In this document: positions 20,340 through 30,820 of the stretch, one piece after another | Position numbering within the stretch: the first letter of the stretch is position 1 | Layout of the letters: each line of letters begins with the position of its first letter | Assembly: GCA_019058365.1 (NCBI GenBank) | Contig: JAHPZE010000014.1 | Span: 46,040-110,039, forward strand | Reading direction: 5' to 3' | DNA from: Promethearchaeota archaeon | GTDB taxonomy: Archaea > Asgardarchaeota > Lokiarchaeia > Sigyniarchaeales > SOKP01 | Length of the DNA: 64,000 bases | Position numbers and translations under genes: made by a program | Notes under the pieces: model-generated | The model's database searches: none | The model's input: the letters and a program-made list of their open reading frames with translations, nothing else | Told to the model about the DNA's origin: nothing

Positions 20340-21767
20340 TTATTCAAATTTAGGTCTTTTTTCTTGCCAAGGAGCAATTTCTTCAAAAGCTTTTGATACT
20401 TGGAGTACTGTTAAGTCATCAAATCGTTTTCCAACTATTTGCATACCAATTGGCAATCCTTCACTAGACCATCCACATGGAATTGAAGCTGCAGGAAGTC
20501 CCGTTAAATTGAAAGCTGCTGTAAATGGCATCCATGCTGTTGGTGAAACAATTTTTCCATCAATTTTTGTTGGAAAAGAAATTCCTAATTCAAATGCGGG
20601 TAATCCTGTCGTTGGAGTTAGCAATATATCGTATTTTTTAAAGTATTGATAAAACTGTTCAAACATAATTTTTCTACGATCCATTGATCTTGCAAAATCT
20701 AGTCCAGTGGCTTGTCCTCCGGCTTCAACTGCCTTTACAAGATCGGGATGCATTTTATCTCTCCATTCCTTTAATTTAGATCCTAAATCATATCCAAATA
20801 AAACAGTATGATAAGTTAAAAGCATACGTTCCGGATTTCTAATCTTAAATTTTGTAGGTTCAACAGTCCATCCAAATTCCTCAAAATTTTGCACCGAATC
20901 CAAGAAATTCTTTTTAACTTTTGAATCAATTACTTTGGCAAATCCTAAATCTAAAGAATATCCTATCTTCAATTGTTTTGGTTTTTCATTAAGTTTTTCT
21001 GAATAATTAACATTTTGATCTGGTAAAGAATATATATCTCCATAATGGGGTCCCTTTAACGCATCCAACATTAAAGCAGCATCCTTTACATATCTTACTA
21101 TTGGTCCATAATGGATTAATGTTTCAAAATGCACTCCATGTGTTGGATAGACAGGAACTCTTCCAAAACTGGGTTTAATCCCATAAATTCCACAAAAGCA
21201 TGATGGGATTCTAATCGAACCCCCTCCATCAGCTCCTAAAGCGAGATATCCTAATCCAGAAGCAATAGATGCTGCCGCTCCTCCACTTGATCCACCAGAA
21301 GTTCTTTCTAAATTCCATGGATTATGAGTTTCTCCAAAAATTAAATTATTAGTTACAGCTATAAATCCGAATGGGCTCATGTTTGTTTTTCCTAGAATTA
21401 CAGCACCAGCACGTTTTAATCTTTCTACACATGCATCATCTTCTTCAGCTATGTTGTTCTCATATAATTTTGAACCGAGAGTCGTTCTTATTCCTTTAAT
21501 TGGCATTTCATCTTTAATTGAAGTGGGTATACCATGCAATGATCCTAATTTTTCTCCTTTTTTAACTGCCTCATCTGCATTCTTGGCAATTTCTCTAGCC
21601 CACTCAAATGTAGGTGTGCAATAAGCGTTTATTAATGGATTGATCTTTTCAATTCTTTCTATAACAATCTCCGTAACTTCTTGAGATGTTAATTCTTGAC
21701 TTTTAATTTTTTCAGCAATATCACAAGCTGACATAAAACTAATATCTTCTTTATTCATTTTCACCAA
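20340..21767 (-). CDS. Amidase-signature family amidase
   Basis: SIKD, GKTN, GGSSGG, GADGGGSIRIP. Confidence 0.9.
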   Translation of the reverse strand: MVKMNKEDISFMSACDIAEKIKSQELTSQEVTEIVIERIEKINPLINAYCTPTFEWAREIAKNADEAVKKGEKLGSLHGIPTSIKDEMPIKGIRTTLGSKLYENNIAEEDDACVERLKRAGAVILGKTNMSPFGFIAVTNNLIFGETHNPWNLERTSGGSSGGAAASIASGLGYLALGADGGGSIRIPSCFCGIYGIKPSFGRVPVYPTHGVHFETLIHYGPIVRYVKDAALMLDALKGPHYGDIYSLPDQNVNYSEKLNEKPKQLKIGYSLDLGFAKVIDSKVKKNFLDSVQNFEEFGWTVEPTKFKIRNPERMLLTYHTVLFGYDLGSKLKEWRDKMHPDLVKAVEAGGQATGLDFARSMDRRKIMFEQFYQYFKKYDILLTPTTGLPAFELGISFPTKIDGKIVSPTAWMPFTAAFNLTGLPAASIPCGWSSEGLPIGMQIVGKRFDDLTVLQVSKAFEEIAPWQEKRPKFE

Positions 21768-21903
21768 TTATTTAATTATTTTTAATAGAGTAAAATGGGA
21801 TATTAACTAATATAAAAATTACTCTTTAAAATGTTAAATAGAATCTAAAAAAGTTAAAAAGTGTTAGATCAAGTTAAGGACGAAAATGATTATATTCGTT
21901 GTT

Positions 21904-22314
21904 TTAAAATTTAAAATCAGACTGCCATTTTTTATATCCCATTTGCCATAATTTCAATCGAGGTTTATTCACTTTATTATCCACTTCAATTCCAGGTTTA
22001 GGATTACTCATTATTTCACGATACCGAGAATAATATTCTTCCGAACTCGGATTCCCTTTAATTAGTTCCAATATAGCTTTTTCAGTAAAATATAATATTA
22101 AATCTGGTTTAATATTTGGATTGTCTTTTGTCATTTCTAATTTTTTCTCTTGTATTTTATATAAAAAATAATGGAGTTTGAAATTTTCTTCATTAGTAGA
22201 ATTTGTAGAAATAAAATATTCCCAACATGCGTCTATATTAAGATGTCTCATTATATCCAAATTAGTTGGAAAATAACTCTTCAATCTTGCATATAATTCT
22301 TCAGCATCCATCAT
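21904..22314 (-). CDS. Hypothetical protein, possibly SCP2-like lipid-binding fold
   Basis: PDLILYFTEKAILELIKG resembles the SCP2 strand-helix motif. Confidence 0.45.
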   Translation of the reverse strand: MMDAEELYARLKSYFPTNLDIMRHLNIDACWEYFISTNSTNEENFKLHYFLYKIQEKKLEMTKDNPNIKPDLILYFTEKAILELIKGNPSSEEYYSRYREIMSNPKPGIEVDNKVNKPRLKLWQMGYKKWQSDFKF

Positions 22315-22323
22315 TCATTTGAA

Positions 22324-23817
22324 CTACTTTACTTTTTCTAAATTAATTGGAGTCCCATCATAAATGTATTTGCCATACACTAATTCTTGAGGATAATATT
22401 TGCAACCTGCCGGATAAGCAGAATCTTTAATTCCTCCTAATGAAACGGTAATATCAATAAGCATGGGTCTTGCATTAATATAAATATTTGCTGCTTCTAA
22501 CTCATTCTTAAAAATCTCGATACTTTTCAAATTTGATGTGTAAACAACTGCCCTCATGCCATAATTACTCGCATTTGCTAACCGTATAGCATCTTTTAGG
22601 TCATTAGCTTTAGTAATAGAGCGGACGGGCCCAAATGCCTCCTCTTTCCATAGAAATGGAGCCTTAGATAAATCACCACACAATTCTGGTTTAATTTCGA
22701 CAAGAGTTGGTGTGTAAAACAACCCATAATCCTCACCCGTATCGATTTTTTCACCTCCTGTAAATATTTTGGCATCATATTTTTTTGCGTCCTCTACCAT
22801 TACCTCCATCATCATCAAGATTCTCCTACTCCCTAAAGGACCAATATCTACGTCTGGATCAGTTGGATCTCCATATTTTAACTTTTGGATTTCTTTTATT
22901 AGACATTCTAAGTATTCATCATAAATATCTTTATGAACAATAATTCTTTTCATTGAAAAGCATTGTTGTCCAGAATTAGTGTAACTAGCTATAACATTCC
23001 ATTTTGCTACTTTTTCTAAATTTACGTCATCCATTACTATACCCGCATCGTTACCGGCACATTCGAAAAAAAAGTTTTTAAATGGTTGAGTATACATGGG
23101 AACTCCCATCGACCTATCGACGGTTTTTTTCAAAAATCCACCATAACGAGCTAAGATATCTTTTGCTGTATGAGATGAAGTGATTGTCATCAAAGTTTTA
23201 ATCATGGGTGATTTAATGAATTCATCTACTGCCCATTCTCCAGGAGCAATAGCTAAATCTAAAGCTTCAAGAGCTGGTAAATCCATTTCTTCCATTATTG
23301 CATAAGCTTCTATCATTGTCAATGGACATGCTGTAGAGGGTTTTACGATAGCTCCGTTTCCTACTAAATAATTTGCACCTAATTGATAGAGAGGAAGACT
23401 TAAAGGAGTATTACGAGGAGAAATGCATGCTGCTAAACCATGCGGGATGTACCTGATTTTAACGAGTTGTTCTCCTTCTATACTTGTTAATGGTTTTTCT
23501 TCTAGGAATTGATAATACCAATCACAAAATTTAAAACCATTCATTACAATATTTAATTCCCATTCAGAATACTTAATTGGTAACCCGCCTTCTGCCACAA
23601 CCAAATCCTTTAATTCGGATTTCTTAAAGCGTAATTTAGTAGCAAATTTAGAAAGAAGTTGAGATCGCTCAAAAAAATCCATCTCTTTTAGTAAATGTTG
23701 ATTTTTATTTATTTTCTTTATTTTTGCCCGAACTGTTTCTGGTGTGTCTGCAGGAATAGTTCTTATAAGTTCACCAGTGTATTTATTTTTTATTTCTAAT
23801 TCTTGTAATTTTGACAT
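22324..23817 (-). CDS. Aldehyde dehydrogenase family protein (divergent)
   Basis: ISPRNTP, VKPS, ECAGND, SGQQCFS (catalytic Cys), EEAFGP. Confidence 0.9.
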   Translation of the reverse strand: MSKLQELEIKNKYTGELIRTIPADTPETVRAKIKKINKNQHLLKEMDFFERSQLLSKFATKLRFKKSELKDLVVAEGGLPIKYSEWELNIVMNGFKFCDWYYQFLEEKPLTSIEGEQLVKIRYIPHGLAACISPRNTPLSLPLYQLGANYLVGNGAIVKPSTACPLTMIEAYAIMEEMDLPALEALDLAIAPGEWAVDEFIKSPMIKTLMTITSSHTAKDILARYGGFLKKTVDRSMGVPMYTQPFKNFFFECAGNDAGIVMDDVNLEKVAKWNVIASYTNSGQQCFSMKRIIVHKDIYDEYLECLIKEIQKLKYGDPTDPDVDIGPLGSRRILMMMEVMVEDAKKYDAKIFTGGEKIDTGEDYGLFYTPTLVEIKPELCGDLSKAPFLWKEEAFGPVRSITKANDLKDAIRLANASNYGMRAVVYTSNLKSIEIFKNELEAANIYINARPMLIDITVSLGGIKDSAYPAGCKYYPQELVYGKYIYDGTPINLEKVK

Positions 23818-23869
23818 AATTCTTAATAAGCTTTTTTCAATTTCAAATATAGAATATAAAGATCAAACC

Positions 23870-24340
23870 TTATTTCTCGTCGTCATCTTTGAGGATACCG
23901 GCGGTTTGAGCAAACCTACCATAACCCATATCAATTAAAGTTTGTGTTCTTTTGTGCAGTATAAAATCAATCCATCCATTTTTCTCGTTTGGATCATTAT
24001 AAAAAGATCCTAAAAGTTGTGCATATTCTAGCTTCGTTTTTGTTTGGATTAATTTTTCTACGGCATCTAATGAGAGTGCTAGTTCTAAATCTGAATCAAT
24101 AGCACTCCCTGGTTTTATTTCAATCCCATTTCCATTTCGATAGACATTAAAAATATCTATAGGAGCTCTCTTATCATATGCTTCAATCGAAGGATAAAGG
24201 GCAAAATCAAAATCTGATCCACTAATTAGATCAGAAAAAATTTCAGGATATTTTGCTAAAAAAGTGGTGTATTTTTTTGTAATTTTTGTCTTGTAATCTT
24301 CTTTATCTATAATTTTACTTGTCATTTCTTCTTCCAGCAT
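23870..24340 (-). CDS. Hypothetical protein, possibly SCP2-like
   Basis: IEIKPGSAIDSDLELALSLDAVEKLI; resembles the 21904 protein in layout. Confidence 0.45.
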   Translation of the reverse strand: MLEEEMTSKIIDKEDYKTKITKKYTTFLAKYPEIFSDLISGSDFDFALYPSIEAYDKRAPIDIFNVYRNGNGIEIKPGSAIDSDLELALSLDAVEKLIQTKTKLEYAQLLGSFYNDPNEKNGWIDFILHKRTQTLIDMGYGRFAQTAGILKDDDEK

Positions 24341-24358
24341 TTCCTTAAAACACTCTTC

Positions 24359-25354
24359 CTAATTTTTTTCTTTTTCTATATATTCTTTATACCATTTTAT
24401 CGTCTCTACTAATCCGTCTCTTAAGGGTGTAATCTTATAACCTAATTTTTCAATTGCTTTTTCAGAGGAATATGACCAATTATGATTAATCATTTTAACG
24501 GTTGATCTATTGGTATATGGCATTGTTTTAGTCAATTTTGTTTTTAATTCACATAATGAGGCATATAATTTAGCGAAACTCATTGGAAAATGGCGTGGAT
24601 TTTTTTTATTTCCTGCTATTTCAGCAATTAAATCTAACCAATCCTTAAATTTGATATTAATTCCCCCAAGAATGAAATCTTCACCTTTTAAGTCATTTCG
24701 ATCAATAACACTTACAACTCCATCAACAATATCATTCACATATACAAAATTTCCGATATTATCTCCTTTTCCAGGGCATCCTAAGAACTTCCTTGCCGTA
24801 ATGTCTAAAATAATTTGACCAAATATATTAAAATCTCTAGGACCGTAGACTATTCCAGGGTAAAATATAGTTACATTAAGATCTTTGTTAATAAAATCTT
24901 TTATTAGTTTTTTGGCTTGAAATTTTGTCTTTGCATAATCAAGATATAATCCATCCTCACACTCATAGGTTTCATCCACAGGATCAATCGGAGTTCCCCC
25001 CAAAGCAATAAAAGAACTGATATAGATAAGGCGAATATTTTTTTCTAAAGCTATTTGAGCAATATTTTCAGTGCCTTTTACATTAATATCCTCGATAATT
25101 GATTTATCTTTTGCCCACATTCTGGTATAAGCTGCTAGATGATATATTAAGTCAATACTTTCTGCAGCTTTGTAAAGAATCTCAATATCTCGAATATCAC
25201 CATAAAAATATTCAATGTTTTTTAATCCTTCAAATGGAGTTATATCACTACTCTCTCTTACTAATAACTTCAAGTTATGTCCTAAACTTTGCAGTTTCCT
25301 TACTAAAGGTACTCCAATAAAACCCGTGCCACCAGTTATTAATACATTTGCCAT
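24359..25354 (-). CDS. Extended SDR / NAD-dependent epimerase-dehydratase (HpnA / dihydroflavonol reductase-like)
   Basis: TGGTGFIG, YHLAA, YAKTK (YxxxK), PGIVYGP. Confidence 0.9.
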   Translation of the reverse strand: MANVLITGGTGFIGVPLVRKLQSLGHNLKLLVRESSDITPFEGLKNIEYFYGDIRDIEILYKAAESIDLIYHLAAYTRMWAKDKSIIEDINVKGTENIAQIALEKNIRLIYISSFIALGGTPIDPVDETYECEDGLYLDYAKTKFQAKKLIKDFINKDLNVTIFYPGIVYGPRDFNIFGQIILDITARKFLGCPGKGDNIGNFVYVNDIVDGVVSVIDRNDLKGEDFILGGINIKFKDWLDLIAEIAGNKKNPRHFPMSFAKLYASLCELKTKLTKTMPYTNRSTVKMINHNWSYSSEKAIEKLGYKITPLRDGLVETIKWYKEYIEKEKN

Positions 25355-25581
25355 AACAAGAATATTAATGTATCATAAAGAAATTTTAAATTATTAAAAG
25401 GTTACATCGTATTAAAGTAAGATCTTAGAGATGTTCGAGATTTACATCTTTTAATATTAGGAAACCTCGGAATCAATATTAATGTTTTTTCTTGTTGATT
25501 TCAGAACATATTTATTAAAGAACTTCAATTATAATATGTTAGATCTTCCAAAATTTTAACTAAATAGATATTGATTATAGA

Positions 25582-26139
25582 TTGAAGGATAAAGTAAAGA
25601 ATTTTGGTAAATTTCATTCGCAATTAGATCTACCTTTTTCAGAAACAAATCATGAATTTTTAAGAGAGATATTTAAAACACTTGAACTTAAATTTGGTTT
25701 AAAATACGCCTCTAATCAAAAATTGATTGATTTAGGAGCGGGAAATGGAAGTATAGTAATTTTTGCTGCTTTAAATTATAATATAACATCTATTGGAATT
25801 GAGATTAACGAAAACCTAAAAAATGAAGCAAAAAACTGTGTAAAATCATTGAAAAAGGAAGGATATTACAAAAAAAGATTATTGAAGAAAATAAAAATTA
25901 AACATAGAGATTTCTTTACATATAATTTAAAAGATTATAATTATATTTACATTTATTCACTCCCTTCAATGCATAAATATCTTAAACATGTATTCAGAAC
26001 GGCTAAAAAAGGAGCAATCATTATATCTCACATTTATGAACTCGAAAATTTTAACTCTACTTTGAAAGATAAATATATATTAAGCCATAAAAGAGATAAT
26101 CAAGAGTTTTTTACCTTTTTTTATAAAAAAATTTCATGA
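25582..26139 (+). CDS. Class I SAM-dependent methyltransferase
   Basis: LIDLGAGNG, GIEIN, DFF. Confidence 0.8.
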   Translation: MKDKVKNFGKFHSQLDLPFSETNHEFLREIFKTLELKFGLKYASNQKLIDLGAGNGSIVIFAALNYNITSIGIEINENLKNEAKNCVKSLKKEGYYKKRLLKKIKIKHRDFFTYNLKDYNYIYIYSLPSMHKYLKHVFRTAKKGAIIISHIYELENFNSTLKDKYILSHKRDNQEFFTFFYKKIS

Positions 26140-26302
26140 TTGGTATCAAATTATGAGAAAGAGAATAATCCTAATGTAATTGTTTAGCAAATATTATATT
26201 CTTGTGTAACATCAAAAAATATAATTATAAATAAAATACAAATAAATAAATATATAATTTTTAATCGAAACGAATTTTTATAATAAAGGTGTATAAATAC
26301 AA

Positions 26303-27013
26303 ATGGTAATTGTTTTTGAAGGCTGGCTGGATGGGATAACTGCATCTCTTATTGTTTTTTCTTCAGTTATTTTTGGATTATTTTCTCTTTATAAATCAAT
26401 AAAACTAAAAGCAAAACTACTTTCAATAGCTGGTTTAAATATGATATTCGTCGGTTTCTTATGGCTCGGACCAACATCTGATTTCTTTTTCAAATTAATA
26501 ACAGATACAAATATTAGTCCTGTAGTAATTTATGTATTTTTAAGCTACACGTGGGTTGCACCAGCTCTATTTTTTGCTATGTATCTAGGTGGAGAACTTT
26601 TAATACCGAAATATAAATGGGTACTTGTTGGAATTTTTATAGTCTTGGGTGCAATTTTTGAATTTTTTCTATGGACTCAACCAAATCCTGGGCAATCATT
26701 TGAATTTATTGAGGTTAGACCTCCTGTTAATGGTTTAATTGATGCAGGTTTTAACAGAACTCATCCAACGTTTATTATGGTGGCTGTATTTTTAATGTCT
26801 GCGTTAATTTTCTTGGGCATAGGGATGGCAGTAAAAGCAAAACAAGCAACAGGTTTATTAAGGAAAAAATTTACCTATTTATCAATTGGTTACATTATTT
26901 TTGTTGTATGTGGAGCTTTAGATTCAATTCTTACTTTAGTTGTTGCTATTGGGATTGTAAGAGTTGTAATGGCTACATTCGCCGTCTGGATGTATCTAGG
27001 CTTAAAGACTTAA
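26303..27013 (+). CDS. Multi-pass (about 7 TM) membrane protein
   Basis: Alternating hydrophobic helices. Confidence 0.7.
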   Translation: MVIVFEGWLDGITASLIVFSSVIFGLFSLYKSIKLKAKLLSIAGLNMIFVGFLWLGPTSDFFFKLITDTNISPVVIYVFLSYTWVAPALFFAMYLGGELLIPKYKWVLVGIFIVLGAIFEFFLWTQPNPGQSFEFIEVRPPVNGLIDAGFNRTHPTFIMVAVFLMSALIFLGIGMAVKAKQATGLLRKKFTYLSIGYIIFVVCGALDSILTLVVAIGIVRVVMATFAVWMYLGLKT

Positions 27014-27110
27014 AAGAAAATAATTAAATTTTTCCTTTTTTTAATTTTTTAATGTTTATTACTATATTCATGTTAATTTTGAAGAATTTTCTTAAAATTC
27101 TAAGCAAAAC

Positions 27111-27512
27111 TCACTCTTTATTAATTTTTAGTAATAATTCTTTTAAATACAATTTCATGAAATACCTTTGATTATTACAGAAATCAAGTTTTTGGGTATT
27201 AGTTAAATCCTGACAATTTGATAATATAGTGTGGATATCATTTGAAATAGAGAGATATTCATCATTTGAATCATTTAATCTATACTTCGAGTTGTTAGAT
27301 TCGCTTTTATTGATTTCATTAAAAGGTATTTCAATATTATCAGTTTTTATATCAAATTGAAATCTTTTTTTATACTCACAGAGAGAAGTAATTAACAAAT
27401 CAGATATATTTTTAAAGGTTTCCTTCGAATTGATGTGATTAAATAGCTCGGAGACAAGATTAGAAATTACATTTTTATCTAAATTTTGAACATTCTGGTC
27501 GAAAAGATTCAA
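27111..27512 (-). CDS. Hypothetical protein (start uncertain)
   Basis: 133-aa ORF from TTG; the frame is open a further 25 codons upstream. Confidence 0.45.
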   Translation of the reverse strand: MNLFDQNVQNLDKNVISNLVSELFNHINSKETFKNISDLLITSLCEYKKRFQFDIKTDNIEIPFNEINKSESNNSKYRLNDSNDEYLSISNDIHTILSNCQDLTNTQKLDFCNNQRYFMKLYLKELLLKINKE

Positions 27513-27818
27513 ATTTCCTAAATCTGATCTGTTTTCATAGGATATGTCAGAGAAATCTTTATTAATAAACCCTTTTGAAATTATAGGTCATCTCGAAGAA
27601 ATTTGAATTTGTAATAAGTAAAATTGATCTTTTATTTAAAAAAAAAGCCTCTCTGAATTTAGTGGAAATTTGAATAGCTGGGTGTTGCACCAAATTGATA
27701 TTAAAAATTAAAATAAAATAATTATTCGGTTTAAAGAATTTTTATAAATATTGAGAACAAAATATTATTAACTTTTAACATAATCGTTCTAAAAATTATA
27801 AATAAATAGGAAAAAATT

Positions 27819-29231
27819 ATGTCTAAAGAACAACCTGATTTAGAGGAAGAGTATTCCTTAAAAAAAGCTGTGCTTTATAGTTTTGCTGGCTTTACAGATG
27901 TTATCTTTTTACAGTTTTTCACTTTCTTAGTATTTACATTCTATTTTTCTATAATAGAATTACCTGCAGGATTGATATCTCTTGGTTTCATAATCTGGGC
28001 AATATGGAATGCTTTTAATGATCCAATGCTTGGGGCTATTTCTGACAAATCAAACTTTAAAATGGGTCGTAGAAAACCATTCATCATAATAGGCATAATT
28101 CCACTGCTAGTTATAAATATTCTACTATTTACTGCACCCAGAGGATCTGATCTTCTAGCATTTTTATACTTCTTAATCATAATCGTAATTTGGGAGCTTT
28201 TTTATACAATGTATTCATTAAATCAAACTAGTTTATTTCCAGAGATGTTTCGTGATTTAGATCAAAGATCTAAAGCTAATAATTCTATCCAATTTTTTCA
28301 AGTGATATCATTATTGATTGCTTTCTTATTACCTGGATTCATTATTCAAAGCTTCACCAGCGAAGATGTACCTATTGGAACTACACAATTACAATACATA
28401 ATAGCTGCTGTAATTATTTCAATAATTTGCGCAATTGGGGGGTTCATTTTTATTAAATTTGGATTAAAAGAAAGAATTGAATTTTCTAAGGATTACGAAA
28501 GAGTTCCACCGTTTAGACAAGCATTAAAATATACATTTGGATACAAATCGTTCAAATTATATGTTATTGGGAATTTTGCATTATGGTATGCATTTAATAT
28601 GATTCCTACCATAATGCCAATTTATGGAACAGTTTGTTTAGGTGTTCAAGATGCTTCAATACTATCTTTAATACTGGGTACTGGTTTTGTTTCAGCGGCG
28701 ATATTTGTATTTCCATGGCGGATAATTGTAAATAAGCTTGGTGCTAAAAGATCTTATATATTATCTTTGATAGTTTTTATTATAACATTGTTGCCTCTCA
28801 TGTTTATTAGAGGAGTACTCTTAGGTTTTATATTTTTCTTCTTATTAGGAATTGGACTGGCAGGAGTATTAATTGTTAGAGATATTACAATTGCTGCAAT
28901 TATCGATGAGGATGAATTAAAAACGGGAGTAAGAAGAGAGGGTAATTTCTATGGAATAAACGGCTTCATCGTAAAATTCTCCAATGTAGTAGTATTTCTC
29001 TCAATAGGACTAGTATTCATTGGTACAGATTGGAATATCTTCGATCTTAGCACAGCAGAATATGGGGTGGAATTTGGTCTTCGAAGTCTCATGGTTATCT
29101 TACCAATAATATTTTTAATTATTGGAATAATAGCTATGAGGTATTTCCCAATCGATAAAGAAAAGTATACTCAATTAACTGAAGATGCAAGGAAACTACA
29201 TGCTGAAAAAAAGACAAAACTTAACTCCTAA
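27819..29231 (+). CDS. MFS transporter, glycoside-pentoside-hexuronide (MelB-like) family
   Basis: WNAFNDPMLGAISD, GRRKPF, DEDELKTGVRREG; about 12 TM. Confidence 0.9.
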   Translation: MSKEQPDLEEEYSLKKAVLYSFAGFTDVIFLQFFTFLVFTFYFSIIELPAGLISLGFIIWAIWNAFNDPMLGAISDKSNFKMGRRKPFIIIGIIPLLVINILLFTAPRGSDLLAFLYFLIIIVIWELFYTMYSLNQTSLFPEMFRDLDQRSKANNSIQFFQVISLLIAFLLPGFIIQSFTSEDVPIGTTQLQYIIAAVIISIICAIGGFIFIKFGLKERIEFSKDYERVPPFRQALKYTFGYKSFKLYVIGNFALWYAFNMIPTIMPIYGTVCLGVQDASILSLILGTGFVSAAIFVFPWRIIVNKLGAKRSYILSLIVFIITLLPLMFIRGVLLGFIFFFLLGIGLAGVLIVRDITIAAIIDEDELKTGVRREGNFYGINGFIVKFSNVVVFLSIGLVFIGTDWNIFDLSTAEYGVEFGLRSLMVILPIIFLIIGIIAMRYFPIDKEKYTQLTEDARKLHAEKKTKLNS

Positions 29232-29328
29232 ATGTAAATCTAATCAATATTTTCTTTTTTTTTTAATGTGATGATAGAATTCAGTAGGGTTGTAAAAAAA
29301 GAAAATTAAAATAAAATTTAAATTAATC

Positions 29329-29904
29329 TTAAAGTCTAGACCCACAATTAGGACAAAAGTTTCCACTTGATTCGAGTTTTTGGCCACAATAGACGCAAAA
29401 GTTTTTTCCTTCTGATGGTAAAGCCTCATCGATCTTTTTAGGTGGAGGGACGTATTCAGTTGCAGGAGTATACTTTATTGGTTGACCTAAGATAATTTGT
29501 CCTGAATCAGGATCAAAACTATATTTTAAAAAGCCTTGATTTCTTAGATCCAATAATACACGTAATAATATACTAGGTTTCATACCAATTTCTAAGGCGA
29601 TATGTTCAAGTTTATAAGTACCTTGGAAGTTTCGTTGAGCAACAGCATTTTTAACAACTTGTTTATACTTATAATTTCGATAAAGTTGTTCAAATCCTCC
29701 AAGAAAGATGAAAAAAGCCGGAATAAATAGCCAATAACCCCATCCTGCGAGCCCTATAAACGAAATTCCAAAACGGAGAAAAAACAACGACAAAATAGCA
29801 ACAAAAAGAAAAACGATAGCAACTGCGAAAGTTCCAATAGCCGCTTCATAAGACTCCTTATAATAATAGCGATGTCTATATTTATCTTCACTCAATTTTA
29901 TCAA
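29329..29904 (-). CDS. Two-TM protein with PCI-like winged helix and C-terminal zinc ribbon
   Basis: 2 TM; YKLEHIALEIGMKPSILLRVLLDLRNQGFLKYSFDPDSGQII; FCVYCG..FCPNCG. Confidence 0.65.
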   Translation of the reverse strand: MIKLSEDKYRHRYYYKESYEAAIGTFAVAIVFLFVAILSLFFLRFGISFIGLAGWGYWLFIPAFFIFLGGFEQLYRNYKYKQVVKNAVAQRNFQGTYKLEHIALEIGMKPSILLRVLLDLRNQGFLKYSFDPDSGQIILGQPIKYTPATEYVPPPKKIDEALPSEGKNFCVYCGQKLESSGNFCPNCGSRL

Positions 29905-30055
29905 TCCAAATTTATTAAGTATAATTTGTTATATATATAGAATAAAATTCTCAAGTATTAATTCTTGATTAGTCCAATTTTTATAAAGTTGTATAAATCA
30001 AAAGGTTAAGATTAAGTTCCGTCAGAAAGGAAATTGAATGTTTTAATTTAGAGAT

Positions 30056-30820
30056 CTATTTTATGTGATCCTCATTATAATTAACCAATTTAGAAACCCA
30101 ACTTGAATTTTCACATAATTTCTCATAAGTTGTTATGTCTCCAAAGTCTCCTCTAAACTGATTTTTTTCCATTTTAAAAATTCTAATTTTCCACTTTCTT
30201 ATATTAATTCCAATCCTTATCGCTTCTGTTAATTCAATTTCACCTCGTTTAGAAGGCTCAAGAGTTTTTAAAACTTCGAAAATTTCTGATGAGAAAATAA
30301 ATATTCCACAATTATTAAGGTTTGATTTAGATTTACCTTTAGGCGGTTTTTCTATAATATCCACTAATAAATCATTTTCATAATAAATAGCGCCACCTTT
30401 ATATGGATCTGCTGTATAATTTGTAACCAATATAAAATCCTGATTCTCTTTTTTAAATATAGCAAAAACATCTTTATATATATAATAGGGTACCAAGATG
30501 TCGCCCCAAGTTAAAAAGAAATGGGAATCTTGAATTAATTTTTCACATACTAATACTGCTCCTCCCGTACCATTAAGTACTTTTTGTTCAACATATTCAA
30601 TTTTTATCCCCCATTCATTTCCATCCTTAAAATACTCAATGATTTGTTCTTTTCTATATCCTACAACGATAATTACACTTTTAAAACCAGCATAGATTAA
30701 ACCATTTATGATATATTCTAATAATGGTTTGCTATGAAGGAGGATCATTGATTTTTGATATGTATCTGTATATGGTCTTAAACGTTTTCCTAAACCTGCA
30801 CATAATATAACAGCTTTCAA
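30056..30820 (-). CDS. Sugar-phosphate nucleotidyltransferase
   Basis: ILCAGLGKRLRP, GTGGA, IEKP, RGEIELT. Confidence 0.9.
   Translation of the reverse strand: MKAVILCAGLGKRLRPYTDTYQKSMILLHSKPLLEYIINGLIYAGFKSVIIVVGYRKEQIIEYFKDGNEWGIKIEYVEQKVLNGTGGAVLVCEKLIQDSHFFLTWGDILVPYYIYKDVFAIFKKENQDFILVTNYTADPYKGGAIYYENDLLVDIIEKPPKGKSKSNLNNCGIFIFSSEIFEVLKTLEPSKRGEIELTEAIRIGINIRKWKIRIFKMEKNQFRGDFGDITTYEKLCENSSWVSKLVNYNEDHIK

Noticed and set aside
20340-21767. gatA (Glu-tRNA amidotransferase subunit A)
   Set aside because: Has the amidase signature but lacks the GatA-typical SNLxRxDG segment, and no gatB/gatC is adjacent
25425-25485. Inverted repeats AGATGT/ACATCT and TTAATATT/AATATTAA between divergent genes
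   Set aside because: Could be operators, but they are short and AT-rich and not distinguishable from chance
27638-27697. Small RNA or riboswitch in a locally GC-richer intergenic patch (GGTG-TTG-CACC, adjacent A9 tract)
   Set aside because: Stems are only 4-6 bp and match no riboswitch consensus I recognise
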